Source: Gemmatimonadaceae bacterium
GTDB taxonomy: Bacteria; Gemmatimonadota; Gemmatimonadetes; Gemmatimonadales; Gemmatimonadaceae
Direction of reading: 5' to 3'
NCBI GenBank assembly: GCA_035997625.1
Contig: DASYIM010000092.1
Location: 51,793-115,792 of the forward strand
DNA length: 64,000 nt
Shown here: in pieces, positions 54,632-64,000 of the stretch
Numbering within the stretch: position 1 is the first letter of the stretch
How the letters are laid out: every line of letters starts with the position of its first letter
Notes under the pieces: generated by a model
Told to the model about the DNA's origin: nothing
The model's database searches: none
What the model saw: the letters and a program-made list of their open reading frames with translations, nothing else
Made by a program: the position numbers and the translations under genes

Positions 54632-55453
54632 CTACAGGCCTAGCGCGAGTTGCAGCGGGGCCTGTGCGGACGCCAAGCTCGCCCCGACGAAGATCGGTCC
54701 CACCACAGCGTTCTGAGATGCGGCAGTCAGGCGGCCCCTGAAGCGACCGCGCCGCAGCGATTCCCCAACCGTGCCCAGCGCAGTGCGCGGCGTGTTATTC
54801 TGTTCGCTCAGGTGAGCCAGGACGATGTTATTGAGACCCGAGTGAATGCTGCGTCCGGCGAGCGACGCCGCTTCATTGTTGTTCAGATGTCCGAATTTGC
54901 CGCGAATTCTCGCCTGGACCGATGCCGGATAGGGTCCCGACCGAAGCATCCCTTCGTCGTGGTTCGCCTCGATCACCAGGACGTCGAGCTTGTCCAGCGC
55001 TCTCGAGATCGTCTCGGTCACGTGTCCGAGATCATAAACGATCCCCGCGCGCGCACCTTCGGTAATCGACGTGACTATCACTGCGATCGGCTCATTCGCA
55101 TCGTGGGCGACGGGGACCGTCTCAAGATGAAAATCGCCGACGACGACCTCGCTCTTCCGCGGTGTCAGGATCGTCCTCAGCGCGGTCCAGTCCGGACACA
55201 TCATCCGGGTGCCGGCTGTGGAGACGACGGTCCAGCCCCACTTTCGGGCGGCGGCCGCCACGCCTTTCACGTGATCGGTGTGCTCGTGGGTTACCACCAC
55301 CGCCTCGATGGATTCCGGTGCGACGCCCGCGACACCAAGGCGCTGCTTCAGCACGCGGGGAGAGAATCCGGCGTCGACGAGGATCCGCGTCCGCGCCGTT
55401 TCCAGAAGAATCGCATTTCCGCTGCTGCCACTACCCAACACCCACAACTTCAT
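54632..55453 (-). CDS. MBL-fold metallo-hydrolase (YycJ/WalJ-like)
   Basis: LGSGSSGN, THEHTDH, EANHD, GHL.N, HLSEQNN. Confidence 0.9.
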   Translation of the reverse strand: MKLWVLGSGSSGNAILLETARTRILVDAGFSPRVLKQRLGVAGVAPESIEAVVVTHEHTDHVKGVAAAARKWGWTVVSTAGTRMMCPDWTALRTILTPRKSEVVVGDFHLETVPVAHDANEPIAVIVTSITEGARAGIVYDLGHVTETISRALDKLDVLVIEANHDEGMLRSGPYPASVQARIRGKFGHLNNNEAASLAGRSIHSGLNNIVLAHLSEQNNTPRTALGTVGESLRRGRFRGRLTAASQNAVVGPIFVGASLASAQAPLQLALGL

Positions 55454-56655
55454 CAAATGCTCCAACGCTTCTTGTGTGCTTCCGTGAGCTGCAGGCGCGT
55501 TTTTGCACCGAGCTCGACGTGACGCCGTGACATCACCCGTTCCGCCACTGCCAGAAATTTAGTGACGTCATACGTGTCGTAGGGCTCACTGTCGCCCCAC
55601 GCGAATGGAGGCACGGCCTTGGGCGGCATGTTGGAGCCGAAGACGTTGGCTCCAGCACCGATCACTGAGCCGGTGCTGAGCATAGTACCGATGCCGGTCT
55701 TCGAGTGATCCCCGAACAAGGTACCGAGAAATTGCTGACCGGTGCCGCGCACACCCGACGGCGTCCACAGCTGAACAGGGCCGTAGGTGTTCTTGAGGTT
55801 GCTGGTCGTTGTCAGCGCTCCCAGGTTCACCCACCGACCGAGATACGAGTGTCCGACGAATCCTGCGTGCGCCTTGTTGCCGTGTCCAAGAAATATCGAA
55901 TTGCTAAGCTCGCCGTGGACCTTGCAATTGTCACCGATGGACGACGTCGCCACCCGATCGCCAAGAATCTGTGAATCGCGTCCGACGGAAATCGGCCCGA
56001 CAAGATGAGTGAAAGGCGCCACGACCGCGCCCCGCCTGACGAGAATGGGTCCAGCTTTGGCGTCGAGGACCACGTTGGGACCAATCTCGGCGCCATCCTC
56101 GACAAATACGCCGTGCTCGCCGATCGTCGTCGCATCGGTTTTTGCCATTGCCTCGATGAACCTGGCCCGATGCGGGATGTCCTCCAGCAACTGATCGACC
56201 AGGGTGGCGACATAATCCCAAACCTCGTTCATCCAACGCGCCTTGACCTTCCGCCCGCCGAGGCTCGTCTGAATGCTCCCGATGTCTACGGCTCCGCTTG
56301 CGAACTGAGAGACCGGCATGGGCCTGGCGAGCCTCACCGCGCACGCGACTCCGTCGGACATCAACAGGTCGAAATGATCGAGCTTGAGATCGAGCGGGAT
56401 GATGCAGCGCGAGTTGACGAGGACTGACCCAGCGGGGATTTCGGACTGACCGGATACGGCCGGCGGAGCGTTGCCCTCCTCGAACTGCGACAGGTGCGCT
56501 GAGCTGATGAACCCCGCGCTCTTCAACCCCGTCGCCCGCTCCCAGCGGTGGCGCGTCAGCGTGGTTCCAGCGCGCAGCTCGGACGCCGGGCGGGTCAGCG
56601 CAAACGGCTCGAACTGTCTCGCCCGTGCGTCATCGTAAAAATAGAGCGCGCTCAT
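55453..56655 (-). CDS. GlmU-like putative sugar nucleotidyl/acyltransferase
   Basis: FEPFALTRP..ELRAG N-terminus; hexapeptide repeats; NKAHAGFVGHSYLG.WVNLGA. Confidence 0.85.
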   Translation of the reverse strand: MSALYFYDDARARQFEPFALTRPASELRAGTTLTRHRWERATGLKSAGFISSAHLSQFEEGNAPPAVSGQSEIPAGSVLVNSRCIIPLDLKLDHFDLLMSDGVACAVRLARPMPVSQFASGAVDIGSIQTSLGGRKVKARWMNEVWDYVATLVDQLLEDIPHRARFIEAMAKTDATTIGEHGVFVEDGAEIGPNVVLDAKAGPILVRRGAVVAPFTHLVGPISVGRDSQILGDRVATSSIGDNCKVHGELSNSIFLGHGNKAHAGFVGHSYLGRWVNLGALTTTSNLKNTYGPVQLWTPSGVRGTGQQFLGTLFGDHSKTGIGTMLSTGSVIGAGANVFGSNMPPKAVPPFAWGDSEPYDTYDVTKFLAVAERVMSRRHVELGAKTRLQLTEAHKKRWSI

Positions 56656-57692
56656 GCGTCACCCTTTTCCTTTGCCGGAAGAGATTCGACGAGTCGCTTC
56701 AGATCGGCCGCCTTCTCCCTCGTCGTAACCAGCGTCAGGCCATCGTGCACAACCACGACCAGATTGTCAACGCCGTACATGGCCACTCTGCCCGAGTCGG
56801 TGTGGACGACGTTGTCGACACAGTCGAGCATGTGGACGTCTCCCCGCGTGACGTTGCCAAACTCATCCTTGGTCTTTATCCGACCGAGAGCAGCCCATGT
56901 TCCGACGTCGTCCCACCCGAAATCTCCTCGGAGCACGGTAACGTCACGACTGCGCTCGAGGACGCTGTTGTCCACCGAAACGGGCTTGTCGACGGCGCCA
57001 AAGAAGTCTGCGGCCTCCACGTCCGGACCGAGTCCGAGAGGCTTTTTCAGTTCCCGCGAATGCTGCCTGACTTGCGTCAGAAAATCGCCGACCGTCCAGA
57101 CAAATATTCCGGAGTTCCAGAGATACCCTTCCGACACGAGTTTCTCGGCCCGAGCCTTCTCTGGCTTTTCCACGAATCGCTTGACCGGAGAGCCTCCCGG
57201 CTTGTCGGGGTTCTGAGGCTGAATGTATCCGAATCCTTGGTCCGGCCTGGTGGGCACGACACCCACGGTGACGAGTGTGTGCGTTTTCTGCGCGACCTTC
57301 TCGCCCTCCAGCAACACTTCGCGAAACCCGGCGTCATCGCGGATAGCCCAGTCCGCATGGATCGAGATCATCGTCGCGCCTCCGCCGTCCCTCCGTTCGA
57401 TGGTCAGGGCCGCCCAGGTGAGGGCCGCCGCCGTTCCCGCCGGTCGTGGCTCGGCGATGATGTTCTCGCGGGGAATCGGCGGCAGCAACGCGCGAATCGA
57501 TTTGACGAGGTTGGCGTTCGTCAGCACCAGCGTGTGCGAAGGATCCACGATTGGCGCCAGTCGATCGATGGCGTCCTGGAGGAGTGGCTTGCCGGTCACC
57601 AGCGGCAACAGCTGCTTGGGACGCTGAGGTGTGCTGAGCGGCCAGAACCGCGAGCCAACACCACCGGCGAGAACGACCGCCCAGCGGCTCAC
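56652..57692 (-). CDS. manC: Mannose-1-phosphate guanylyltransferase
   Basis: LAGGVGSRFWPLS..PKQL, GFGYI, FVEKP, WNSGIF, WDDVGTW. Confidence 0.9.
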   Translation of the reverse strand: MSRWAVVLAGGVGSRFWPLSTPQRPKQLLPLVTGKPLLQDAIDRLAPIVDPSHTLVLTNANLVKSIRALLPPIPRENIIAEPRPAGTAAALTWAALTIERRDGGGATMISIHADWAIRDDAGFREVLLEGEKVAQKTHTLVTVGVVPTRPDQGFGYIQPQNPDKPGGSPVKRFVEKPEKARAEKLVSEGYLWNSGIFVWTVGDFLTQVRQHSRELKKPLGLGPDVEAADFFGAVDKPVSVDNSVLERSRDVTVLRGDFGWDDVGTWAALGRIKTKDEFGNVTRGDVHMLDCVDNVVHTDSGRVAMYGVDNLVVVVHDGLTLVTTREKAADLKRLVESLPAKEKGDA

Positions 57693-58105
57693 TCGCCGCT
57701 TATTCCCGCTTCGTCAGGGGCTCCGGTCAGACGCGCGATGAGCGCGTAGAGCTTTTTCGGGCTGAAGGGCTTGGTCAGGAACTGAGTAGCTCCGAGCGCG
57801 AGCGCGTCGCGCTCGTGCTTCGCGTCTCCTCCCGCTGTGAGGATGATGCATGGAAGCGATTTGAATCTCTCCTGGTTGCGAATCTCGCGCAGCACATCGA
57901 GCCCGCTCAGCCGCGGCATCATGAGATCGAGCAGCACGAGGTCGAAAGGCTCTTCGCCGTTGATGAAATCGAGCGCCTCCTGTCCATCATAGGCGATGCT
58001 GACTCTGAAGGGTCCCTGTTCGAGCTTCATCTTGATGATGCGGCCGATGTGCGGCTCGTCATCAGCAACGAGAATGTGGCAGAGGCGAGTAGCGGGCTCG
58101 GTCAT
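57689..58105 (-). CDS. Single-domain response regulator
   Basis: ADDE, LLDLMMP, LTA, KPF. Confidence 0.92.
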   Translation of the reverse strand: MTEPATRLCHILVADDEPHIGRIIKMKLEQGPFRVSIAYDGQEALDFINGEEPFDLVLLDLMMPRLSGLDVLREIRNQERFKSLPCIILTAGGDAKHERDALALGATQFLTKPFSPKKLYALIARLTGAPDEAGISGE

Positions 58106-58106
58106 C

Positions 58107-58460
58107 TCAGATCAGGGACGCGATGTTTCCACGATAGCGACGTACGTCAAAAAGAAGTCCACCGAGATCGGCGGATGGACGCAGCAGGACCAGGAGCAGC
58201 GTATCATCAGCGAGCGCGGCCACGATAGCGTAGCCCTTCTGGTGCTCCAGTATCGCCGTGTTCGGGGGACCCTGCAGAGTCGCGCGCCCGAGGCTCTCCG
58301 CCTCGGCGACGAGCGCGGGGACGCGGGCGGCGAGATCCTCGTTGTTCAGACCTGGCGCCGCGAACCCTTCTATCAGCAGACCGTCTTTCCCCAGCACGAG
58401 CACGGCGTCCACGCCGGGCCGTTGGCGGAGCGCAGTTGTGAAATCTCGAATGTTGGGCAT
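58107..58460 (-). CDS. Roadblock/LC7 domain protein (MglB-like)
   Basis: PGVDAVLVLGKDGLLIE, LAA, ILEHQKG, DLGGLL; start placed at ATG 58460. Confidence 0.85.
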   Translation of the reverse strand: MPNIRDFTTALRQRPGVDAVLVLGKDGLLIEGFAAPGLNNEDLAARVPALVAEAESLGRATLQGPPNTAILEHQKGYAIVAALADDTLLLVLLRPSADLGGLLFDVRRYRGNIASLI

Positions 58461-58590
58461 TGGTCGGTGAGAGGTTGCGAAGCTAGGAATCGGCAAGAGT
58501 GAAGTCAAGCGCGGCAATCGCTTGAACTGCCGTGAGTTACGGGGTATTATCGAGAGCAACCCCTCCAGTCTTTTTCCTGTCTCATACTGA

Positions 58591-59169
58591 ATGAAAGCAC
58601 GTCTCGTTTTGCTCGCGACGGTTTCTGTCGTTGTCGGTCTTGGCGCTTGTGGCGATCCAACAAGCCTCCACGCCACTCTTCCGACATCGGTTGACACCTT
58701 GTCTGTCTTCGCGCTTTCCGGCACACCGCCAACGTACCCGAGCGGTATTTCCATCGTCGCGAGACAGCCGGTACGCGTCGACGGCTTTGCCGGCTTTGAC
58801 GTCGCCCTGGACATCGATGACAACGGCAACGTCATAATTTACCCGGTCAAGATGGTCGTCAGCTCGATCGGCACGGCCCGGCCGGTTGGTCTGCAGAAGC
58901 TGTCGACGGCTTTCGATTCGGTAACCTCGGCGCCAAAGGACGGATACAACAACGACCTGGCGGTCGTCCTCGCGCCACACGAGACCGTTGCCATACAGTC
59001 GCCGCATAACACCAGCGGCGATATTTGCGCCTTCGCTCTCAGTCCATACCTTTACGCCAAGATTGCCGTCGACAGCGTCAATCTCGCTTCACGAACGCTC
59101 TTCCTGCGTCTGGGATTAGATCCGAACTGCGGGTTTCGTTCATTTGCGGAAGGAATTCCCACTCTCTGA
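58591..59169 (+). CDS. Lipoprotein of unknown function
   Basis: Lipobox LGA-C; beta-rich; two further Cys residues. Confidence 0.75.
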   Translation: MKARLVLLATVSVVVGLGACGDPTSLHATLPTSVDTLSVFALSGTPPTYPSGISIVARQPVRVDGFAGFDVALDIDDNGNVIIYPVKMVVSSIGTARPVGLQKLSTAFDSVTSAPKDGYNNDLAVVLAPHETVAIQSPHNTSGDICAFALSPYLYAKIAVDSVNLASRTLFLRLGLDPNCGFRSFAEGIPTL

Positions 59170-59172
59170 TTC

Positions 59173-60447
59173 GTGCACGACCTGAGAATGGTGCGGGAGC
59201 AAATCGACGCTCTGCGCGCCGGCATGCGGCGTCGCGGAGTCCTCGACACGCTCTCGCCAACTATTGACCGGGCAGTCGAGCTCGACAAGACGCGCCGGGA
59301 GACCATTCAGGCCGTTGAGGAGCGCAAGGCCGCGCGCAATGCCGTCAGTCAGCAAGTCGGGCAGCGCAAGCGCGCCGGAGAATCGGCGGACGATCTTCAG
59401 CAGCAGTCGCGGGCCCTCGGCGAGGAAATAGCGAGGCTCGACACCGAGCTCGCGGCCACCGAGGCGGAGCTTTCAGGAATTCTTCTCGAGCTGCCGAACA
59501 TCACGCTCGACGAGGTGCCGGCCGGCGGCGAGGAGAACAACTCTGTCGTCAGGAGCTGGGGCACGCCCCGCGAAGGTGAGCGTATCCAGCCCCACTGGGA
59601 AGTGGGTACGCGACTTGGAATCATCGACTTCGAGCGCGGAGCCAAGATAAGTGGCTCGGGGTTTATTGTTTTCCGCGACAAAGGCGCCACGCTCGTCCGC
59701 GCGCTGATGAATCTCATGCTGGATGTCCATACCCGTGAGCACGGATATCAGGAGACCTGGGTCCCGGTGGTCGTGAATCGCGTCAGCATGACGGGCACCG
59801 CCCAGCTGCCGAAGTTCGAAGACGACATGTACGCGTTGAAGGACGAGGACGCTTTCCTGATACCGACTGCCGAGGTCCCGCTGACCAACCTCTTTCGCGA
59901 TGAGGTTCTTGCCGTTGCGGATCTGCCAAAAGCCGTCACTGCTTATTCACCGTGCTTCAGGCGCGAAGCCGGCGCCGCCGGCAAGGACACCAGAGGACTC
60001 CTTCGCGTCCACGAGTTCGACAAGGTCGAGCTGGTGCGATTCGTCCTTCCCGAGACTTCTGGAGACCAGCTCGAGCTCCTGACGTCGCAGGCCGAAAAGA
60101 TTCTTCAGCTCCTCGAGCTCCCATATCGGGTGATCAGGCTCGCGTCCGGCGATACCGGATTTGCCAGCGCGCACACTTACGACCTCGAGACGTATGCGCC
60201 CGGCGTTGGCAAATGGCTCGAAGTGTCGTCGTGCAGCAATTTCACCGACTTTCAGGCGCGCCGCGCCAATATCCGCTATAAGCCGGCTGACGGTGGCAAG
60301 CCGCGTTTCCTCCACACGCTGAACGGCTCCGGGCTCGCGTTTCCCCGCGTCATCGCGTCAATTCTGGAGCATCATCAGCAGGAGGATGGCAGTGTGCGCG
60401 TCCCCGCTGCGCTCAGAACCTATCTCGGCGCCGAGCGCCTGAGCTGA
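59173..60447 (+). CDS. serS: Seryl-tRNA synthetase
   Basis: PTAEVP, FRREAG, EVSSCSN.TDFQARR, HTLNGSGLA. Confidence 0.97.
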   Translation: MHDLRMVREQIDALRAGMRRRGVLDTLSPTIDRAVELDKTRRETIQAVEERKAARNAVSQQVGQRKRAGESADDLQQQSRALGEEIARLDTELAATEAELSGILLELPNITLDEVPAGGEENNSVVRSWGTPREGERIQPHWEVGTRLGIIDFERGAKISGSGFIVFRDKGATLVRALMNLMLDVHTREHGYQETWVPVVVNRVSMTGTAQLPKFEDDMYALKDEDAFLIPTAEVPLTNLFRDEVLAVADLPKAVTAYSPCFRREAGAAGKDTRGLLRVHEFDKVELVRFVLPETSGDQLELLTSQAEKILQLLELPYRVIRLASGDTGFASAHTYDLETYAPGVGKWLEVSSCSNFTDFQARRANIRYKPADGGKPRFLHTLNGSGLAFPRVIASILEHHQQEDGSVRVPAALRTYLGAERLS

Positions 60448-60449
60448 CC

Positions 60450-61589
60450 ATGCGCCGGCTCGCACCGGTCACGCTCATCACCATAGGCGTCCTCGCGCTT
60501 CTGGGGTGGTACGTCATCTACACCCGCACCGTCGTGCACGAGCTCAGGATCGAAGCTTCGCGCGTTGGTCTGATGTACGCCCGCGTCTACAACGGACTGA
60601 GCGATCCCAATCCCGACGCCGCTAACTCGGCGCTGCTCGATCTCTCGCGCCACATCCGGGAATCGGGCGTGCCGATGATTCTGGCCGACGACGCCGGCAA
60701 TCCGACGGACACCGCCAACCTGCCGTTCACCGCGGGACTGAAATCGAGGCAGCTGCACGATTACATCCTGGAGCTCGATCGGCAGAACGTTCCGATTGTC
60801 GAGCCCGGGATGGGCACGGTCCACTTTGGCAACACGCCGCTGGTGCGCGGGCTGATTCTCATTCCCGTCCTTCAGTCGATCCTGATCGGAATGGTCCTGA
60901 TCGCCGGCGCGTACGCGCTGCGGACGCGCGGTCGGGCGGATCGCGAGCAGATCTGGGCCGGGATGGCGCGCGAGTCCGCGCACCAGCTCGGTACACCGCT
61001 CTCGAGTATCAGCGGATGGATCGAGCTGTTGCGCGAGACGGATCCGGAGCCGACGACGACCGCCGCGATCGATCACATGGAGGCGGATCTGGAGCGCCTC
61101 AAACGCGTCGCGCACAGATTCGAGCGAATTGGAAGGCCGCCACGGCAGGAGTCGGTGGATCTGGGTGAGTTGGTCGATCGCGTCGCCACCTACTTCCGCG
61201 CTCGCGTTCCTACGCTGGCGCAGCGCGTGACGGTGAGCTCTTCGCATCACGGGGATCTCGCGGTGAAAGGCGATGCCGTTTTGCTCGAGTGGGCTCTCGA
61301 GTCCCTCACCAAGAACGCGATCGACGCCCTCGCCGGTCGCGACGGTCGCGTCGAGATATCCGCGGAGTCACTGCCAGAGGGCAGGGTGCGGGTGCGGGTC
61401 TCGGACGACGGTCCGGGAATTCCCCGCGAGATCCGGCATCAGATCTTCGACCCCGGATTCTCCACCAAGGAAAAGGGTTGGGGAATCGGGCTCTCGCTGG
61501 CGCGTCGCATAGTTCGCGATAGCCACGGCGGCGAGCTTTCTCTCGTGCCCACCGAACGGGGCGCGACCTTTGACATGGTGCTCGGCTAG
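60450..61589 (+). CDS. Membrane sensor histidine kinase
   Basis: Two TM helices, ESAHQLGTP, KNAIDA, DDGPG, GIGLS. Confidence 0.93.
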   Translation: MRRLAPVTLITIGVLALLGWYVIYTRTVVHELRIEASRVGLMYARVYNGLSDPNPDAANSALLDLSRHIRESGVPMILADDAGNPTDTANLPFTAGLKSRQLHDYILELDRQNVPIVEPGMGTVHFGNTPLVRGLILIPVLQSILIGMVLIAGAYALRTRGRADREQIWAGMARESAHQLGTPLSSISGWIELLRETDPEPTTTAAIDHMEADLERLKRVAHRFERIGRPPRQESVDLGELVDRVATYFRARVPTLAQRVTVSSSHHGDLAVKGDAVLLEWALESLTKNAIDALAGRDGRVEISAESLPEGRVRVRVSDDGPGIPREIRHQIFDPGFSTKEKGWGIGLSLARRIVRDSHGGELSLVPTERGATFDMVLG

Positions 61590-61595
61590 ATTGTA

Positions 61596-63893
61596 ATGAT
61601 GTCGGAATCAACAAACTCGGCGACAGTGGAGAAGGCGGAGCCGCTCGCCGGTCTCAACCCCGCACAGCGCGAAGCGGTGCTCCATTTTGAAGGCCCAATG
61701 CTGGTGCTGGCTGGTGCCGGCTCGGGGAAGACCCGTGTTCTCACCACACGTATCGCGCGCCTCATCGAGCATCACGGGGTGGATCCTTCGCGGATCCTCG
61801 CGGTCACATTTACCAACAAAGCCGCCGGCGAGATGCGGGAGCGGATTACCCGTCTCCTCGGTGAAGAGCCAAAGGGAATGTGGAGCGGGACCTTCCACGC
61901 CATCGGCGCGAGGATTCTGCGAACCTCGGCCCACCAGGTTGGTCGCACTTCGAGCTTCACCATCTACGACGAGGACGACAGCCTCGGTGTGGTGAAGAGG
62001 CTGATGGACAGAGAAGGAATTTCGCCCAAACAGTGGAGTCCCAAGGTCATCTCGGGACTGATCTCGGACGCCAAGAACGCGCTGGTTCCACCGGCGGAAT
62101 ACGAATCGCTGGCGATGGATCCGGTCTCCCGCGCGGCAGCCAAAGTGTATAAGTCGCTCGAGTCCACCTTGAGAGCAGCAAACGCGGTGAGCTTCGACGA
62201 TCTGCTCGTGCTTCCGGTCGAGATCTTCCGCAACGACGAGAAGACCCTCGCTCGCTATCGCGACCGATTTCAGTTCATCCTTGTTGACGAGTACCAGGAC
62301 ACCAATCGCGCCCAGTTCCAGTTCATCAAGCTTCTTGGCAGCGTTCACGGCAACGTCGTCGTCGTTGGTGACGACGATCAGTCGATCTACGGGTGGCGTG
62401 GCGCCGATATCCGGAACATCCTCGACTTCGAGAAGGAGTTCGCCTCGGCCAGGCTCGTCAGGCTCGAGGAGAACTATCGCTCTACACCGGATATTCTGCA
62501 CGTCGCCAACGCCGCCATTACCCAGAACGTCGGTCGCAAGGGAAAGACTTTGCGCGCCACCCGCGATCCCGGCGAAGCGGTGACGCTCGTAGCGGCCCTC
62601 GACGAGCGCGATGAGGCAGATTTTGTCCTCGAGGAAATAAAAGCGCGCCAGACCCGCAACAACCGCGGCCTCAACGAATTTGCGGTGCTCTATCGGACGA
62701 ACGCCCAGAGCCGCGCGCTCGAGGACGCGCTGCGTCGCGAGGCCATTCCGTATCGGCTGGTCGGCTCCGTGCGGTTCTACGATCGCCGTGAGATTCGTGA
62801 TCTGATGGCGTATCTCAAGCTGATCGCGAATCCCTCCGACGAGGAAGCCTTCCGGCGGGCAATATCGGTTCCGAAGCGCGGGATCGGCGACACGACGGTC
62901 GACGCTCTTGCCGCGCGCGCGCGTGATGCCCGCGTTTCACTCTCAGAAGTGGCGGCGCGGGAGGACCTGCAGGAATCGTTGCGACCGGCGGCGCGCAAGG
63001 CGCTGGCTGACTTCTCGCGGCTGATCGCCTCGCTTCGCGACCGCGCGAAGGACACCAGCGTCGACGTGTTGCTTCAGGAGTTGATTGGAGAGATTCGCTA
63101 TGTCGAGTATCTGCAGGCGGAAGGTCCCGAATCGGCGCGCGATCGCATCGAGAACCTCAGTGCGCTGATCGATGGCGCTGCGGAGACGGTTATCGATGAC
63201 GGCGGGGAGATCGGACTCACGCCGCTGGATCATTTCCTCCAGCGCGCGATGCTCGTTGCCGGCGCCGATGCGCTTGATCCTTCGGCCGATGCGGTCACGC
63301 TGATGACGCTTCACAATGCAAAGGGACTCGAATATCCGGTTGTCTTCCTCACCGGTCTCGAGGACGGGCTGTTTCCGCTCTCGCAGTCCTTCGACGATCC
63401 TCCGAAGCTGGAGGAAGAGCGCCGTCTCTTTTACGTCGGTATTACTCGGGCCGAGGAGAAGCTGTTTCTGTCCCACACCGAAATGCGGCGGCGCAACGGT
63501 GAGCTCACGCAGTCGATTCAGTCACGATTCCTCCGCGAGATCGCCGGCGCCAATCTCGAGGAGAAGAAAACCGTGCGTGTGGCGGCGATGGGCAGGCGAG
63601 GCAGCTCCGGGCGTGAGGGCAGCGCATTCAGCGGCGCCTATCCAGCCAGGCGCACGTACGACGTCCCGTCGTGGCGCCGTGCGACTCCCATCGCCGAGGC
63701 CGAAGCGTCCCAGGACGAGCCGCGCTACGTGAAGGGCGAGCGCGTCCGCCACAAATTATTTGGAGACGGCTCCATCGCCGAGGTGTCCGGCGTCGGCAGG
63801 GAAGTGAAGGCGGTGATCGATTTCGACGACGAAGCCGTGGGCAGAAAGACCATCAAGCTGGCGTATACCACACTGGAGCGCGGTCAGGAATAA
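61596..63893 (+). CDS. pcrA: ATP-dependent DNA helicase PcrA/UvrD
   Basis: AGAGSGKT, DEYQD, ENYRS, TLHNAKGLE, EERRLFYVGITRA; start 61596 or 61599. Confidence 0.96.
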   Translation: MMSESTNSATVEKAEPLAGLNPAQREAVLHFEGPMLVLAGAGSGKTRVLTTRIARLIEHHGVDPSRILAVTFTNKAAGEMRERITRLLGEEPKGMWSGTFHAIGARILRTSAHQVGRTSSFTIYDEDDSLGVVKRLMDREGISPKQWSPKVISGLISDAKNALVPPAEYESLAMDPVSRAAAKVYKSLESTLRAANAVSFDDLLVLPVEIFRNDEKTLARYRDRFQFILVDEYQDTNRAQFQFIKLLGSVHGNVVVVGDDDQSIYGWRGADIRNILDFEKEFASARLVRLEENYRSTPDILHVANAAITQNVGRKGKTLRATRDPGEAVTLVAALDERDEADFVLEEIKARQTRNNRGLNEFAVLYRTNAQSRALEDALRREAIPYRLVGSVRFYDRREIRDLMAYLKLIANPSDEEAFRRAISVPKRGIGDTTVDALAARARDARVSLSEVAAREDLQESLRPAARKALADFSRLIASLRDRAKDTSVDVLLQELIGEIRYVEYLQAEGPESARDRIENLSALIDGAAETVIDDGGEIGLTPLDHFLQRAMLVAGADALDPSADAVTLMTLHNAKGLEYPVVFLTGLEDGLFPLSQSFDDPPKLEEERRLFYVGITRAEEKLFLSHTEMRRRNGELTQSIQSRFLREIAGANLEEKKTVRVAAMGRRGSSGREGSAFSGAYPARRTYDVPSWRRATPIAEAEASQDEPRYVKGERVRHKLFGDGSIAEVSGVGREVKAVIDFDDEAVGRKTIKLAYTTLERGQE

Positions 63894-64000
63894 TGGCTGT
63901 CACGCGTGAGGACGTACTGCACATCGCCGACCTGGCTCGACTCGGCATCGACAGCGCGCGGGCGGACGAGCTCACGAGGGAGTTGAGCGCGATTCTCGAG
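63893..64000 (+). CDS. gatC: Asp/Glu-tRNA amidotransferase subunit C (3' end outside window)
   Basis: MAVTREDVLHIADLARLGI...ELSAILE. Confidence 0.85.
   Translation, partial: MAVTREDVLHIADLARLGIDSARADELTRELSAILE

Noticed and set aside
58461-58835. N-terminal extension of the roadblock ORF to 242 aa
   Set aside because: Overlaps the divergent lipoprotein gene; the domain starts at ATG 58460

Overview
GC-rich (about 60-65% by eye) bacterial chromosomal window, mostly housekeeping genes. Gene content and order suggest Gemmatimonadota; this is an inference, not a database result. It carries a B12/iron-chelate uptake cluster, recO-selB, clpB-tadA, two tRNA-Ser genes flanked by accessory surface-protein genes and a pseudogene, pyrR-pyrB-pyrC, rpsT, scpA-scpB-rluB, a MoxR/vWA (Bat-like) operon, mutL-miaA-bshA-uppP-birA-coaX, CIRCE-groES-groEL, a met operon, a roadblock/receiver/sugar-nucleotide operon, serS, pcrA and the start of gatC. 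I saw no CRISPR array, integrase or IS element. The most notable signals are not in the ORF track: (1) a SAM-II riboswitch followed by a terminator with a built-in antiterminator duplication, ahead of hom-metX-metB; (2) a c-di-GMP-I riboswitch abutting the RBS of an M15 peptidoglycan peptidase; (3) a stand-alone secreted T9SS-CTD/FlgD-Ig-like protein with its own promoter, structured leader and terminator; (4) a birA frame with no canonical start codon before its catalytic motifs; (5) a 28-aa membrane micropeptide in frame behind a UGA; (6) a recurrent TAnnTT -10 box with probable leaderless genes.
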